Shown in pieces: positions 41,216 through 54,226 of a DNA stretch of 64,000 nt (positions are counted from its first letter, which is position 1; each line of letters starts with the position of its first letter). The position numbers and the translations under genes were made by a program. The notes below the pieces were generated by a model. It was not told the origin of the DNA. It saw only the letters and a program-made list of their open reading frames with translations, and searched no databases. Source of the stretch: Dipteris shenzhenensis (Eukaryota); assembly GCA_047967505.1 (NCBI GenBank), contig CM106538.1. One strand, 5' to 3'.

Positions 41216-41542
41216 CTGTCAACTCAAATTTTCAGCCATAGACTCAGATCCGAGACATTTTCACCACTCATAGACGAGCCACCACAATGCCGGGTTTTGG
41301 TTCATGAGTTCCAGCTCTTTCTCTCAGCTTGCTTTAGATAGCAAATAGCACATGATATGATATGATATGATATGATATGCTTTGTACTTGACTTTGCTTG
41401 AGCTACTGAGCTCTCTTTATTTCAACATAGTCCTTAGCAATGTTCTTAGCACGCCCTTTGCTCCAGCCCTTTGTGGCTTGTATGAGTTTTTCCCTTTTGG
41501 TGTCACTTTGTCCCATAGGCCCGCGAGGCCTCCCATGGATGT

Positions 41543-41578
<36 letters not shown>

Positions 41579-42413
41579 CTACCATTATAGTTTCACATAG
41601 CTATGCACATAGGTTGGGAATTGTGGGGTAAGAAAGGTTAGAAAGAAGGGAAGTGGATAGAAAAAGACCTAGTGGTGCTTCCTAACAGCACCTCATTGTT
41701 GATGTAGTGCTACTACGAAGCACAACAGTGGATGTATTGTGATCAAATTATCTAGTATTGTAGTCAGAAGAGGCCATCTAAGATGGAGTACGATGGTTAA
41801 GGGCAGAAGAGGGTTGCAGAGGGAGGAGAAGAAGCCATCAAACACTGGCAGAGAAGTGGTAAAGAAGCGAGGAGCATTAGGAGGGGGCAGGTCTGAGATC
41901 ACGAAGGGAGTCATTGTGTGCAGTTTGCTTTGCTAAGGTAAGTTATCAGTTTGGCACCGCTAATGAAATCGATTTGATCCCCTATGCTACTAACGTACCC
42001 ACACAAGGATCTGGTGTTGCTCTCGAGATGTGGTTCCTTATGAGAAGTATCGTGAGCACCACATCAATTGAGACACAGCCACTAGAAAGCTGCTAAGAAT
42101 CATCATCCCGTAAGACTACCCATCGAATGAGTAGCAAAGAATGAGAGGAAGGGGAGGAAGCAGCAGGGAGCAAGAGGCAAAGAGCAACATAGGGCAACAA
42201 ACAACGGGGGCAGCAAGGCCAAAAGGAGAGGTTGTGAATGACAAGAGGAGGGGAGGGAAGTGGCAGCATACATTCATAATTTTGGTAGTACATGGAAGTT
42301 GAAATTTCAAAACTTAGAGTGATTGCAGAATGCGGGCAGTAATTTAGTTATAGGAAAGCCAAATTCCTTTGGAGTATATGTATATAAATGTGTGTGTGTG
42401 TGTGTGTGTAGAT

Positions 42414-42904
42414 AGTCCCATCAATAATTGACCTACAATTAATTCCATCAATTGGATAAAAGGGAAACTTATAAAGAAAAAATGTTTGAGACATCTAAGT
42501 TAAAAAATGCAACTAGAGTTTGTAAAAATTTTGATCAAAATTAAGATTTTTTAATAATATTGAGTTTGACAAACATAATATTGAAAAATATGGTGAATCC
42601 TTACGCAGTCTAGGTTCCGAAATCGGGTCCACTTACCTACCATCATCCAAACAAACTGTGTTAGAACATCATAGTAACATTTAGGTAGCCAGGTAATGCC
42701 TATTTTCCCCGCCTTGTTATCGCTTTACCTAAGAAAGTTTAAGTCACAAGTGGAGTAAGGAGCGAATGAGTGCATGGGTTGAGAAGGGATTAAAGGAGGT
42801 ATGGGACAATTAGTGACCTTGGTGTGTGGGATGGTTAAAAAGAGAGTGTAAAGGGAAGATTTAACAAAGGATACATAAAAGAATGATTTATAGTTGAGGA
42901 AGTA

Positions 42905-42947
<43 letters not shown>

Positions 42948-43930
42948 AAAAAAGAGAGAAATTTACTAAGAAAAATTGTTATTATTATTTTATTTTTATT
43001 TTTATTTTATTTTTTTTTGGTGTGTTTGTGTTTTTGGCCCATCCCCAATCCAGAGGGTAAGACCACATGGTGGGGAGTAAGCCCACCATGTGAAACTTAC
43101 TCCCCCTCTACTGATAATAAGTGAGCAAAAGTGAATCTATATGATAAGTGTCAAAATGAAAAAATGATACCAATAGTAAATACGTAAACCACTTCTAGAA
43201 AATAGATATAAAAGTTAGTAAAAAAATAAGACGGATCACAAAATGACTAGGGATTATCCATGCTAAAGAATTGTCCAATGGATGTGAATTAACTGTACGG
43301 CACTAACCCGACCAAAGGCTAGTTGAAAAATTAAATTGTATGTTTAGATTAAAAAGTCCCATCAATAATTGAGCCATACAATTAATTCCATCAATTGGAT
43401 AAAAAGTATAAAAAGGAAAACATATAAGGAAAAAATGTTTGAGACATCTAAGTTGAAAATGCAAAAACGAGAGTTTACAAAAATTAAGAATTTTTAATAT
43501 TATTGAGTTTGACAAATAAAATATTGAGAAAAGATATCAAATCCTTAGACAATTGAGATTCCAAGGTCAAAGTCCACTTACCTGCCACCATCCAAACAAA
43601 CTTAGTGTTAGAACATCGTAACATTTGGGTAGACATGTAATGCCTATTTTTCCGGACTTCTTATCACTTTAGGAATATAGACAACCATATGGATTCTTAG
43701 ATAATTTTAAAAAAAATTAAGTCACAAGTGGAGTAAGAAGCAAATAAGTGCATGGGTTGAGAAGGTAAAGGAGATATAGGATGATTAGTAGCCTTGGTGT
43801 ATGGAGTGGTTAAAAAGAGTGTGTAAAGGGGAGATTTCCCGAGGGGGTACATAAAAGAATGATTCATAGTTGGGAAAGTATACATGCATGTGTGTGTGTG
43901 TGTGAGAGAGAGAGTGGATTTCACCAAAAA
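42414..43930. repeat. Diverged direct repeat of about 550 bp (42414..42960 and 43356..43930)
   Basis: Both copies start agtcccatcaataattga, share many blocks (atgtttgagacatctaagtt, gtccacttacct, aagtcacaagtggagtaag) and end in (TG)n(AG)n. Confidence 0.8.
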
Positions 43931-46254
43931 AACTATTTTTTTCTTTTGCGAGGAGGGGTGAAGAGAGGTTACCAGAGACATGACTCTAGTAGATTGCCTC
44001 CACAAATTTCATAGCTTGAGCGATCAAACCACAATTCTCAAAGTGCTCTGCGAATGACCACAAACCGTTTTGTGACACCTTCCATGTCCACCAAAGACTC
44101 TGTGTGTGTGTGTGTGTGTGCGCGCGCGCGTGTGTGTGTGTGTGTGTGTGTGCATACATATATACTTGGTTGGCATTCGAGTTATTGGTTCATTGTAGAA
44201 AATACAACTTTAAGTCTTGTTTCTTCACTGTTTAGTCTTCTCTGTAGTTTCAAGTATCGAGAAAAAAGAATTATGTCAACTACTAGGATGTCTTTCCATA
44301 AAGCCATAATGGTCATAAAGACAATAATATGAAATCATAAGGTTAAATTGATCATGCAATACCCTTGATTATAGATTATGATAAAATCCACAATGTATTA
44401 TGGCCCTTCTTTGACATGGCTAGATTTTCTAAACACAAGGACCATTAAAAATTTATCTTAAATCCTTCCTTTTCAGTTTTTATGTCTTGAGGATGAGGTG
44501 GAACTATACTTTTAATTTTCCTTATGTTCAAAGTTCCTTATGCCTCAAGCTCTTAACTTTCATATAGTCTTCAACTTCCTTACGGCCTAGATTTAACAAC
44601 CACATATGACTATTGTACGCCTCAATAAAAAATAGTTCAAAATTAAGCCTTATATAAGCTAACGCATGACACTATGCTCAATTTATGGCTCAAAGAGGAC
44701 CATACAATAGGGGGTGCAAAATTGCTCATTCAACCAACCACATGTTTAACGTTTGGAGTTTTCAATGGTTCAAGTATCTTCTCCCCTCATTTCAAAAGAT
44801 ACTCTATCGTGAGCAACAACTAGACTTCAAATGTCATCTTTGACCACAAGCTTTATCAAACTCCCAGTATTTTGTGCTATACAGTCTCTATAAAAAGATT
44901 TGCAAAGGTTATTAGGAAATATATATTAATCGCCCAAGGCCTCCGTCTGAACTCTGGTGCCCACCATCTATACACTCGTACTTGTGCAAGCCCTATATTC
45001 TAGTCACAATCGAGGTGACAAGAGTAGCATTGACAAAAACTCTATCATGTAGAAGTGAAGAGACCTCAACTTTGCACAGCCACATAGTAAATGGGGTAAT
45101 GCGCCTATAAATATAAATGCATATACATTTCCAAAGAGAGAATTCACCATTGCTACAACATGCATTCAAATATGGCAGCTTAGCCTATTGTAGATCATTA
45201 TCTAGATAAATCCATGTTCTAGATGAATCCAAGAACATGGCCAAACTCATCCTCTCAAAATATTCAATCTCATGATAGTCACTCATAAGGCTAAAAAACA
45301 TGAGCTCCATCATGCATAGCAGAGTTTAAAAACACTTTTTTATGAACCAAAGAACAGATTAATGATGAAATCAAGATGAATCCGTAAAAATCAAGATGAA
45401 ACCAAAAAGGAAATCATCAAGATGAAAACCATGATTTGCTACAAGCAGTGAGTCTGTAGGAGGCATTGAGAGCATTTTTGGTTTCACAAGGAGGGAAGTG
45501 AGGATAAGAAAAATTAATAGCCAAAGTTCAAATAGGGATCGCTTCTAAATATTAAAGATTTCAAACATACATCTAAGTGCACTTGATCTGACAAATGTTT
45601 AACTGTGCGAATCATGAAATTGGAAGTGTGGTGCTTGGTAGGCTATCAATAAATCGCTAGTTAAACCGACTTAAGGTATGCTGGCACAGCTTGAATCTCA
45701 ACATCATGACTCAAAGATTGTCTCGAAATAAGCATCTCTTTTCATGGCAACATACACTGTCGGATTTTCTCAGACAGATTACAAATATGGCCCATTGTTT
45801 ATTTGATAAGATAACAAAGAATCCTATAAAGCTCCACAAACCAAGCCATCTCCAACATGGCTCTCACTGCACACATCAGATAAACATCTCCAATGTGCCC
45901 TACACTGAAAAGAATTTTCCACGCCTACATCTCTGCATGAACTGCAAGGAAAAGCCACTCTGAAAAGGCGAGGAAACAATCCAGAAATCACTAGAGTATA
46001 ATGAAGATAATCTACTAGCAAACAATGCACTTTAAAGTTCTCCATTGTAGAATGCAGAAAAATTACTCCTGTTTTATAGACACTTTAGTTTCAAGACCAA
46101 GCTCAAATCCAGTATCATATGAAAAAGTTCAAACCGATCCAGTTTTTCGAGGATAATGCCAGGAATACAGTTGCAAACCTAGGCTCTGTTTCAAAATTGC
46201 AAACAAACCAGGGTGAAGAGAAAATATACAAGAATTCAATGCACTCATGATTTG

Positions 46255-46274
46255 AAGGATACGGACAAGGATAC
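46255..46274 (-). promoter_or_regulatory. USSE-like element: tandem U12-type 5' splice-site consensus in the SNRNP48 3' UTR
   Basis: Minus strand GTATCCTT-GTCC-GTATCCTT, 196 nt past the stop codon; candidate acceptors at 46339 (upstream) and 45960 (downstream). Confidence 0.85.
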
Positions 46275-46469
46275 AAGTGCATGGAAGGCATGTCCCCTTC
46301 AGCAGAGGCTCTGGTGCCGCTCAAAGTTAAGATGAGATCTGTCACAGCAAAGTAGGAAGGCATATTAAATCAAATACAGGAGCTCACAGGAAAAGACAGA
46401 ATCTTAATAACACATCAAGACTTCTTTGTGTTGCATGCACATGCGATGTGTGGATCACGGATGGGGTTC

Positions 46470-47111
46470 TTAATCACGTGCTCGACTATGCTGCCTGCTA
46501 TGGTATCGCTCTCCATGGGACCTCCTATGTTCAACTCTTTCCTCCAATTTGCTTTCCCATCTGTCATATTTCCTTTCAGAATCGTGTTCTCTATTAGAAG
46601 GGTCATCATCCGACCCGTCATACGACGACTTCCGACGTATATCATGCCATCTTCGGCCATGTGAATTGTACTTATCATGACCATGGTGGGAACTACTATA
46701 GGATACTGATACAGATCTTCGACTATCTTGCCTATCAATGTGGTAGTGTTCATAACCACCTTTACTTCCAGACTTTGAATGCCTGCTGGATTGAAAGCGG
46801 GAGGCCTCAGATTCTCCGTCTCGGGTTTCCTTACTGCTCCTCTTTGCCCATGTATGGCGATGTTCCTTGCTTTCAACCGAATCCTCATCGTCGCCATAAA
46901 TTGATTTTAAACCGCTTTGAATATCAACTATATGTCTTTGTTCCTCGCTTGTTAAATCCTTTCTGACATGTGACACCTCAGGTGGCAGACTGCTGCTGGG
47001 TTCAGTGTCCGTCTGTGAGGTTGAGAGGTCTTCAAGTCTTCTGCCAAAACGTCCAATCCCTCCAGCTGCAATGATTTCTTCCATGTGACCCTCGATTATA
47101 TCATGTAGCAC
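46470..47111 (-). CDS. SNRNP48: U11/U12 snRNP 48-kDa protein, last coding exon
   Basis: Acceptor ttcttgcag then VLHDIIEGHMEEIIAAGGIG, followed by an R/S/D/H-rich tail to TAA; phase 0 with the previous exon. Confidence 0.88.
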   Translation of the reverse strand: MLHDIIEGHMEEIIAAGGIGRFGRRLEDLSTSQTDTEPSSSLPPEVSHVRKDLTSEEQRHIVDIQSGLKSIYGDDEDSVESKEHRHTWAKRSSKETRDGESEASRFQSSRHSKSGSKGGYEHYHIDRQDSRRSVSVSYSSSHHGHDKYNSHGRRWHDIRRKSSYDGSDDDPSNREHDSERKYDRWESKLEERVEHRRSHGERYHSRQHSRARD

Positions 47112-47240
47112 CTGCAAGAAGAGAAGAAACCATCATTAAATAAACCACATAATCATCTCAAGAATTGGACAACAAAATTCACATACAAGCTCTTTACATC
47201 CTGGAATGAAGCTGCATCCCATGATATTCAAATCTACCAT

Positions 47241-48970
47241 CATATACCTAGATGAATCCAGGAACATTCCCAAACTCATCCTCTAAAAACACAACATAGT
47301 GCAGTTTCAATCTCACGAGAGTCACTCATAAGATTGAAAACCATAAACTCCATCACGCATAGCAAGGACTAGCTACTATGACATCCCCCAGCGCCCAACA
47401 ATGGGTGTAGACCATAGTATAAAAGTATGCTCTCACACATACAAATCCACACACCCACACATACTTGAGCATCCATTTATACAAAGTCTTCGCACTGAGT
47501 TTCTGTCGGCACTCCGGAGGTGAAGGGCAAACTCAGCCATGACCAAGGCTAGCACTAAAGGAGAAGGCTAATCAAAAAGTAGTCCAAATCTCTTCATTCA
47601 AGCTACAACTGCTTGTGAAGTCTAAACGATTTCATTTTAGTCTCTCCCAAACGAGCATCTAAATCTAAATCTAGCTGATAGGGCAACGCACCATTTAAGA
47701 TAGAAAGAATTATCGCAATACCAGCAGGCCGCAACTTGGACGAAAACTTCACAACGTGAAATTTGCATGTCCGCTAATACGGCAGAAGCATATACCTAGA
47801 TGAATCCAGGGACATTCCCAAACTCATCCTCTAAAAACACAACATAGTGCAGTTTCAATCTCACGAGAGTCACTCTTAAGATTGAAAACCATAAACTCCA
47901 TCACGCATAGCAGGGACTAGCTACTATGACATCCCCACTGACGTCATCAGCGCCCAACAATGAGTGTAGACCATAGTATAAAAGTATGCTCTCACACATA
48001 CAAATCCACACACCCACACATACTTGAGCATCCATTTATACAAAGTCTTCGTACTGAGTTTCTGTCGGCACTCCGGAGGTGAAGGGCAAACTCAACCATG
48101 ACCAAGGCTAGCACTAAAGGAGAAGCCTAATCAAAAAGTAGTCCAAATCTCTTCATTCAGGCTACAACTACTTGTGAAGTCTAAACGATTTCATTTTAGT
48201 CTCTCCCAAACGAGCATCTAAATCTAAATCTAGCTGATAGGGCAACGCACCATTTAAGATAGAAAGAATTATCGCAATACCAACAGGCCATAACTTGGAC
48301 GAAAACTTCACAATGTGAAATTTGCATGTCCGCTAATACGGCAAAAGCATATACCTAGATGAATCCAGGAACATTCCCAAACTCATCCTCTAAAAACACA
48401 ACATAGTGCAATTTCAATCTCATGAGAGTCATAAGATTGAAAACCATAAACTCCATCACGCATAGCAGGGACTAGCTACTATGACATCCCCACTGACGTC
48501 ATCAGCGCCCAACAATGAGTGTAGACCATAGTATAAAAGTATGCTCTCACACATGCAAATCCACACACCCACACATACTTGAGCATCCATTTATACAAAG
48601 TCTTAGTACTGAGTTTCTGTCGGCACTCCGGAGGTGAAGGGCAAACTCAGCCATGACCAAGGCTAGCACTAAAGGAGAAGGCTAATCAAAAAGTAGTCCA
48701 AATCTCTTCATTCAAGCTACAACTGCTTGTGAAGTCTAAACGATTTCATTTTAGTCTCTCCCAAACAAGCATCTAAATCTAAATCTAGCTGATAGGGCAA
48801 CACACCATTTAAGATAGAAAGAATTATCGCAATACCAGCAGGCCACAACTTGGACAAAAGCTTCACAACATGAAATTTGCATGTCCGCTAATACAGCAAA
48901 AGCATATACCTAGATGAATCCAGGAACATTCCCAAACTCATCCTCTAAAAATACAACATAGTGCAGTTTC
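47241..48970. repeat. Intronic tandem array of about 555-bp units, three full copies plus a partial fourth
   Basis: catatacctagatgaatccagg at 47241, 47789, 48348 and 48903; units highly similar. Confidence 0.95.
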
Positions 48971-48986
48971 TTGAGCATCAAATTAC

Positions 48987-49094
48987 CTGGGCAGGAGTCC
49001 GTTTGAGTTTCTTCCCACGATAAGACATCCGTCGCCGTTTATAATCCCTTTCCTCAGCAAGGATCTCCTCCCTGGTCTTGTTTTTCTTAGAATT
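48987..49094 (-). CDS. SNRNP48: U11/U12 snRNP 48-kDa protein, 108-nt internal exon
   Basis: gtacag|NSKKNKTREEILAEERDYKRRRMSYRGKKLKRTPAQ|gtaatt; the ERDYKRRRxSYR motif is characteristic of U11-48K; not in the ORF track. Confidence 0.92.
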
Positions 49095-50739
49095 CTGTAC
49101 AAGCAGGGAAAAAGTGACAGACCAGGTGAATAATTCAACACAAATGCGGAAGAAAGGGAGGATTACTTAGAACATTGTTATAAAACAATTTCTTCCCTCA
49201 GCTCCAACCTCCTCTCTGGTCTTATTTTTCCTTGAATTCTGTAGAAGCAGGAAAACAGTGGCAAACAAGGTGAATGTTTCAATGCAAACGCAGGAGAAAT
49301 TAGAACATTGTTATGAAACAACATCAGTACACCCTTTCCAAAGCTCACAACTCCTTGCTGCAGCATGTGCAAACCTTTGACAACCTCCTTGGAAGATGGG
49401 CTCCATGCTAGACGCTGGCCACTCTTAAAAAACAACTTTCTAAACAGAAGCTGCCAACATCAAGGCGTATGTACTATAAGACAGAGAGAAAGAAAGAAAG
49501 AAAGTTTATTAATGTCCATGGGAGACCAACAGGTCTATGGGACAGCAAAAAACCATTTAGTACAGCTGCTTAGGGAGGGCACATAGCTGCCAGGGAGAGC
49601 GAAAGCAAGTCCAGAGAATTTTCTATACCTTCATAAGGCTAGGATATATCCAATCTTTAAAAATGAATTTCTTTTAAAAGAAACAAAAGAAATTTGAGAG
49701 AGAGATGCTGGGGCAAGTGGGTGAGGATGGAGTGAGAGATGAAGGGAAGGAAATTTAGAATAGACATGAAACAAAACTAAGAGTAGAAAGTAAAACTTGT
49801 GGCAACAAGCCCCACCTGCAACTGATGAAACTGTGCCCTCTCCCAATGTCCACAAGCATATGAGCAGTCCTGCCCTTAATCTCACCTTTCTATTTAAGTG
49901 TCTCAGCACTCCTGGCCCCCATCAATGCATCAAAAGATATTGAGTAGAGTACAGGCTGAGCATCCCAAGATTGATCCTCCTTATTTACGGGGTCATTTCC
50001 ATCTGCATCATTCCGCGCATGGAATGGCATAGTAGCATGATACTGAACAAAAGCTACTCTAGGAGTACAACCCTGTTGGGCTGAACATTGTGTAAGTGAT
50101 GGGCTGCTGCCCTCCAAGCTGAGTAGCACCACCTGGATCAAGTGAAGACTCCTGATTCCGGCATCTGAAGTTTTTCCTGACTCATGTTGTCTCCTTCTGA
50201 GTCGCATCACAGATCTCCACCAACTTATCATCATCATCATCACAGAGCTCTATGATTATGCTAAGTTAGCTTTCCCCGTATTCCTCGTTTTGCATACCCC
50301 CTATGAGGAAATGGGGCTGCTACAGCCTTTCGGTCATGCCACTGAAGCATCTTGGGTTTCTTCTCAGCCTCCAATGCAGTCCCATGTGTGCAGCCTGTAG
50401 CCTGCTTGTACCTCTTAGTATACTTGAGCTCAAATACCTTCACAAGGTTGACAGCTCACTCGATGGTTTGGGGCTCATGAGCCCTACCTCCGCAAGCTTG
50501 GCAGCTCACTCGATGGTTTGGGGCTCATGAGCCCTCACATCAGAGGCAAGGAGGGATGAACGCCCTGAATAAAACGCAGAAACTTTCCCTTTCAAAATGC
50601 CATGTACAAGAGAGAACCTCCAAAAATGCTCCAAAATACTCATGAACCGAGCCACTCTATGTTAAGACATAAATTTCTGCTAAGTACAGTCCAATACTAG
50701 CGAGAATATGAAGGTCGTGACCATCATATTTTGGGAGCA

Positions 50740-51170
50740 TTTATGCACTAGCCACAAGCGATGGAAGATTTTATACTACTTCTAGATGGTGGCCCATGGA
50801 GCTTTGCCCGTTGGTCCATGGCTCGAGTAGATGTGCGTAGATATTCATTGCCACCATTGCACGGATAGAAATATGGAGACGATCGCACATTGTCTTTGGA
50901 GCTGTTCCAAAGCACAGAGGATTTGGATGGTGGCCCGGATTATTACCAAGGCGTAGAGGATGCAGCACGACTTCACTTGGGAGATGGCTGCTTGGCTGAC
51001 CATGCCTTCTCCATCAATCCGGCCTCTCTAGCTTAAAGAATCTAGTGGATCTTCAGAATAGAGACACAAGATGCGACACCTCCTTCCCGACAATGCTCCA
51101 TGCCATCGCCAGAGGATACTTTATGGGAGATGGTGTCCAACACCACTGCTTGGAACATCTGGAGGACTAT
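50740..51170 (+). mobile_element. LINE (L1-like) 3' remnant with zf-RVT motif
   Basis: Translates GALPVGPWL..HCHHCTDRNMETIAHCLWSCSKAQRIW and later AWNIWR; interrupted by stops. Confidence 0.7.
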
Positions 51171-52054
51171 ACATCAAACGGATGCCTTGCTCTGTAAATA
51201 CATAGAAGACATCTGCAGGCCAAGCCTCGCAGAAACACGTCCACCTCTCATTGGCGGTCATCCAAGCTGATGTCTCACGCTTCTAGAGGTGCGCAAGGTG
51301 TAGATGTTTTGCCAGATGTCAAGTTAGGGTGGCTGCCTTGAACCCTACCCTAGTTCCTAGCCTCTGCTTCAAAGATTTCCTAGGCAATGAGCTTGGTTCT
51401 CCAAACAAAGGCTAGCTCACAAATAGTTCTTTTTTCTAGCATTTCTTCCATGGTCAACAACCCATGAAAAATAATATAAATATGTACTTCTATAATAGAT
51501 TGCATTAAAACTAATATTAACATTTTTTAAGTTCTCATATTAAACATAGCACAAAAGCTTAATTTGATAAATTAAATAAAGTATCTTACTTGGTCAATAT
51601 ATTAAAGGTTAGATTTAAAAATATATAATATCAAAAATATAATAAGAATCAAATAGGTTAAAACAATATAAAGATAAAAATTTTAAAGTATTAGAAATAA
51701 TACGGAAGCTTAATTTGATTCTTTTTATATTCTTTTAGAATTTATTACATTAAACATAATAGTACCTTCATTTTTACAAATTAAATAAATTACATTTAAT
51801 AAAATAAATCAAATAAGAACTTCATTTTATAAATAACATAAGATAAAGCAGCATAAAGATATAATTTTTAACGTTACTATTTTAAAAAATACCTTAATTT
51901 TATAAGAATAATATAAATATATAATTTAGTATACAATAATTTATTGGGTTATAAATAATAAAAAGCCTACTCTGATGAAAGACATAAGATAAAATAATTA
52001 TACAAAGGCTTCATTTAATAAACAAAATAACTAAAAATAATATACTATTTATTA

Positions 52055-52260
52055 CTATTCCTCATCATGTTTGGCGTAGAAGCGGAAGTAATCTTTCAAC
52101 TTCATAAGCCATTCCCCCATCTCATTGGATGTGCGTGTGTCACCGTTAAACTTACGCAATGTGAGCTTATCCTTGATATCTTTGGGAGCAGAATTTTTGT
52201 TTCGGCCACCCTCAAACGTACGAGCATCATCACGCTTAAGGTTCACAAAATGATGGGACA
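52055..52260 (-). pseudogene. Ty3/gypsy gag N-terminal fragment
   Basis: KLTLRKFNGD...MGEWLMKLKDYFRF resembles the FxG...WL...EDYF gag motif. Confidence 0.5.
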
Positions 52261-54173
52261 GCATCTCACCATGAATGTCCAAGAGTAAGGAACAAAAGAA
52301 GCGCAAGGCCTCAAACATCATATCATCAATTGCAGGCTGTTGTTCATCCTCTTGTCTAATGCACAAGCTGTGCATGGCTATATGTGCTCACAAATGGCAA
52401 AGTGTGAAGTCCTGTCAAATGCATCTCGAAGTAGAAATGCATCTCAAAGTAGAGGTTGCATACCAAAAGACTGAGAGGAGGATTGAGCTCTCTCCTAATG
52501 ATGTGGACTTCTTGCAAACCCAACGCAATTCCAAGCAACTCTCTGATGGTAAAAGACCCAACGGTGTTCATGGAAGCACCCATCATGTGTACACCCATTT
52601 GAAACGATCTAAGGACTAAAATCCAGAGATGCATGAAGCAAACCTACGCGTGATGTGGAGAATGCATCTTGGCTGTCTGAATGATCCACATGCTAGGGTA
52701 CAAGCTGCTTACCCCTAACGGGTAATGCATGTGTAGCAACTTGGGTTAACTGTTGGTCAATCTGCTAAGAGATCTGTTGACCAAGTTGTTGCCCCAATTG
52801 TAGAGAGGTATTATGAAGGATGGAGGACAATGCGTCAAGGAATTGTGCCTACATATAACGTAGGATATGGATCAAGTAGGAACATACGTGCTTGCACACA
52901 CTAGAATGCACTTCCTCTTGTTGAACAATCTCAGACGGCGGATCAATGCCAAGTAATGGCTCCTCGAAACGGGGCATTCGCTTGGGTGCCACAGTACACT
53001 GTCACAGGAAAATAGAAGTCTGTATGTAGCTAGCTCCCAACAAGAAGATCCAATTCGACAGACATGGCTGCCCAAAAATGTGCAATGAAGAGGTTGTGAA
53101 ACAAGGCCTCGATGGGCTAAATCAGGGTCACAAAAGGCCTTGCAAAGCAATTGCAAAAGGCCTTAAAATTTTGTTTTTGTTTTTTGTTGAAGGGAGAACA
53201 GGAAGCGGGGGGGGATGGGGGGAAGGAGGTCCTAAGTCGCCTAAGGCAATTAGGACACCTGGTGTATTAGGATAGTTAGGACTATTTAGACAAGCTCAAT
53301 TAATTTCACCTAACCTAGTCCAAGCTAGGTTAACCCAAACTAAACTAAACCAACCCACTAGCTAACCTGATCAAAAAAATAACCTAATCTAAGCTTTACA
53401 ACATACGACAACAGGAGCGTTCCCCCTCTATCATCAGCCTTGCCATGAGCAGAGGTAGCTGGTTGCCCATCGATGGAGGCTATGGTACGATAGGTTGACA
53501 CAGCAATAGGTCGATGAGACACTCCAAACCTTGAAATCAAGATTGATTCTATAGAGAGGAGGAGAAAACTAAAATACAATAGAAGGAGACTTTCTATTGA
53601 ATCAAAATCGTTTACAATCAATCCTGGAGTCACAATACTCCATGTACAGAGCAGTTCGATGGCAACTAGTAGCTGGCTACCTCAACCCGCCTGTCGGTGA
53701 CATTCTGGAATTTTCCAGAAATGTCGACAAAGATCTCATCGTGGAGATTCCCTCGCTACTATTATGTGGCACGTCACGTTGCTGCTGCACGGCATGTCCA
53801 ACCTTTTGTAGATTTGCACTCGCACACTCATGCCTCACAGTGGAGCTTTTCAAAGCATTTTCCACTACACGACCCTCAAAATGTTTCCTTCAGATTCATA
53901 TCATTGTGTTATTTTGCTGCTATATTACGGTTGCTTGACATTGCTGGAGTCACTATATGAGCCAGATGTAGGACGTAGTTGTAGGCACCTGTAGAAAACT
54001 ATAGTGGTAGGAGCCAGACGTTGCTTTTGCTAGTTACCACTAGTCGATGGGCAGTTACTTGTTGCTGCTGCGCATTGGATAAATGTGCCACGTACTACTT
54101 GGACCATTGCCCAATCACCGGGAGGAGGAGAAAGGGGGTAGGGGCAGACTTAGAGAAAGGGAGTAGAACTAGC

Positions 54174-54177
<4 letters not shown>

Positions 54178-54226
<49 letters not shown>

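Noticed and set aside
44650-45000. Possible LINE zf-RVT remnant on the minus strand
   Set aside because: Too degraded to support by eye
46697-46712. GTATCAGTATCCTAT on the minus strand as a second USSE
   Set aside because: Inside coding sequence (SVSVSY); cores imperfect and overlapping
46415-46897. 160-aa overlapping ORF in the last SNRNP48 exon
   Set aside because: Alternative frame of a low-complexity coding exon; no motif
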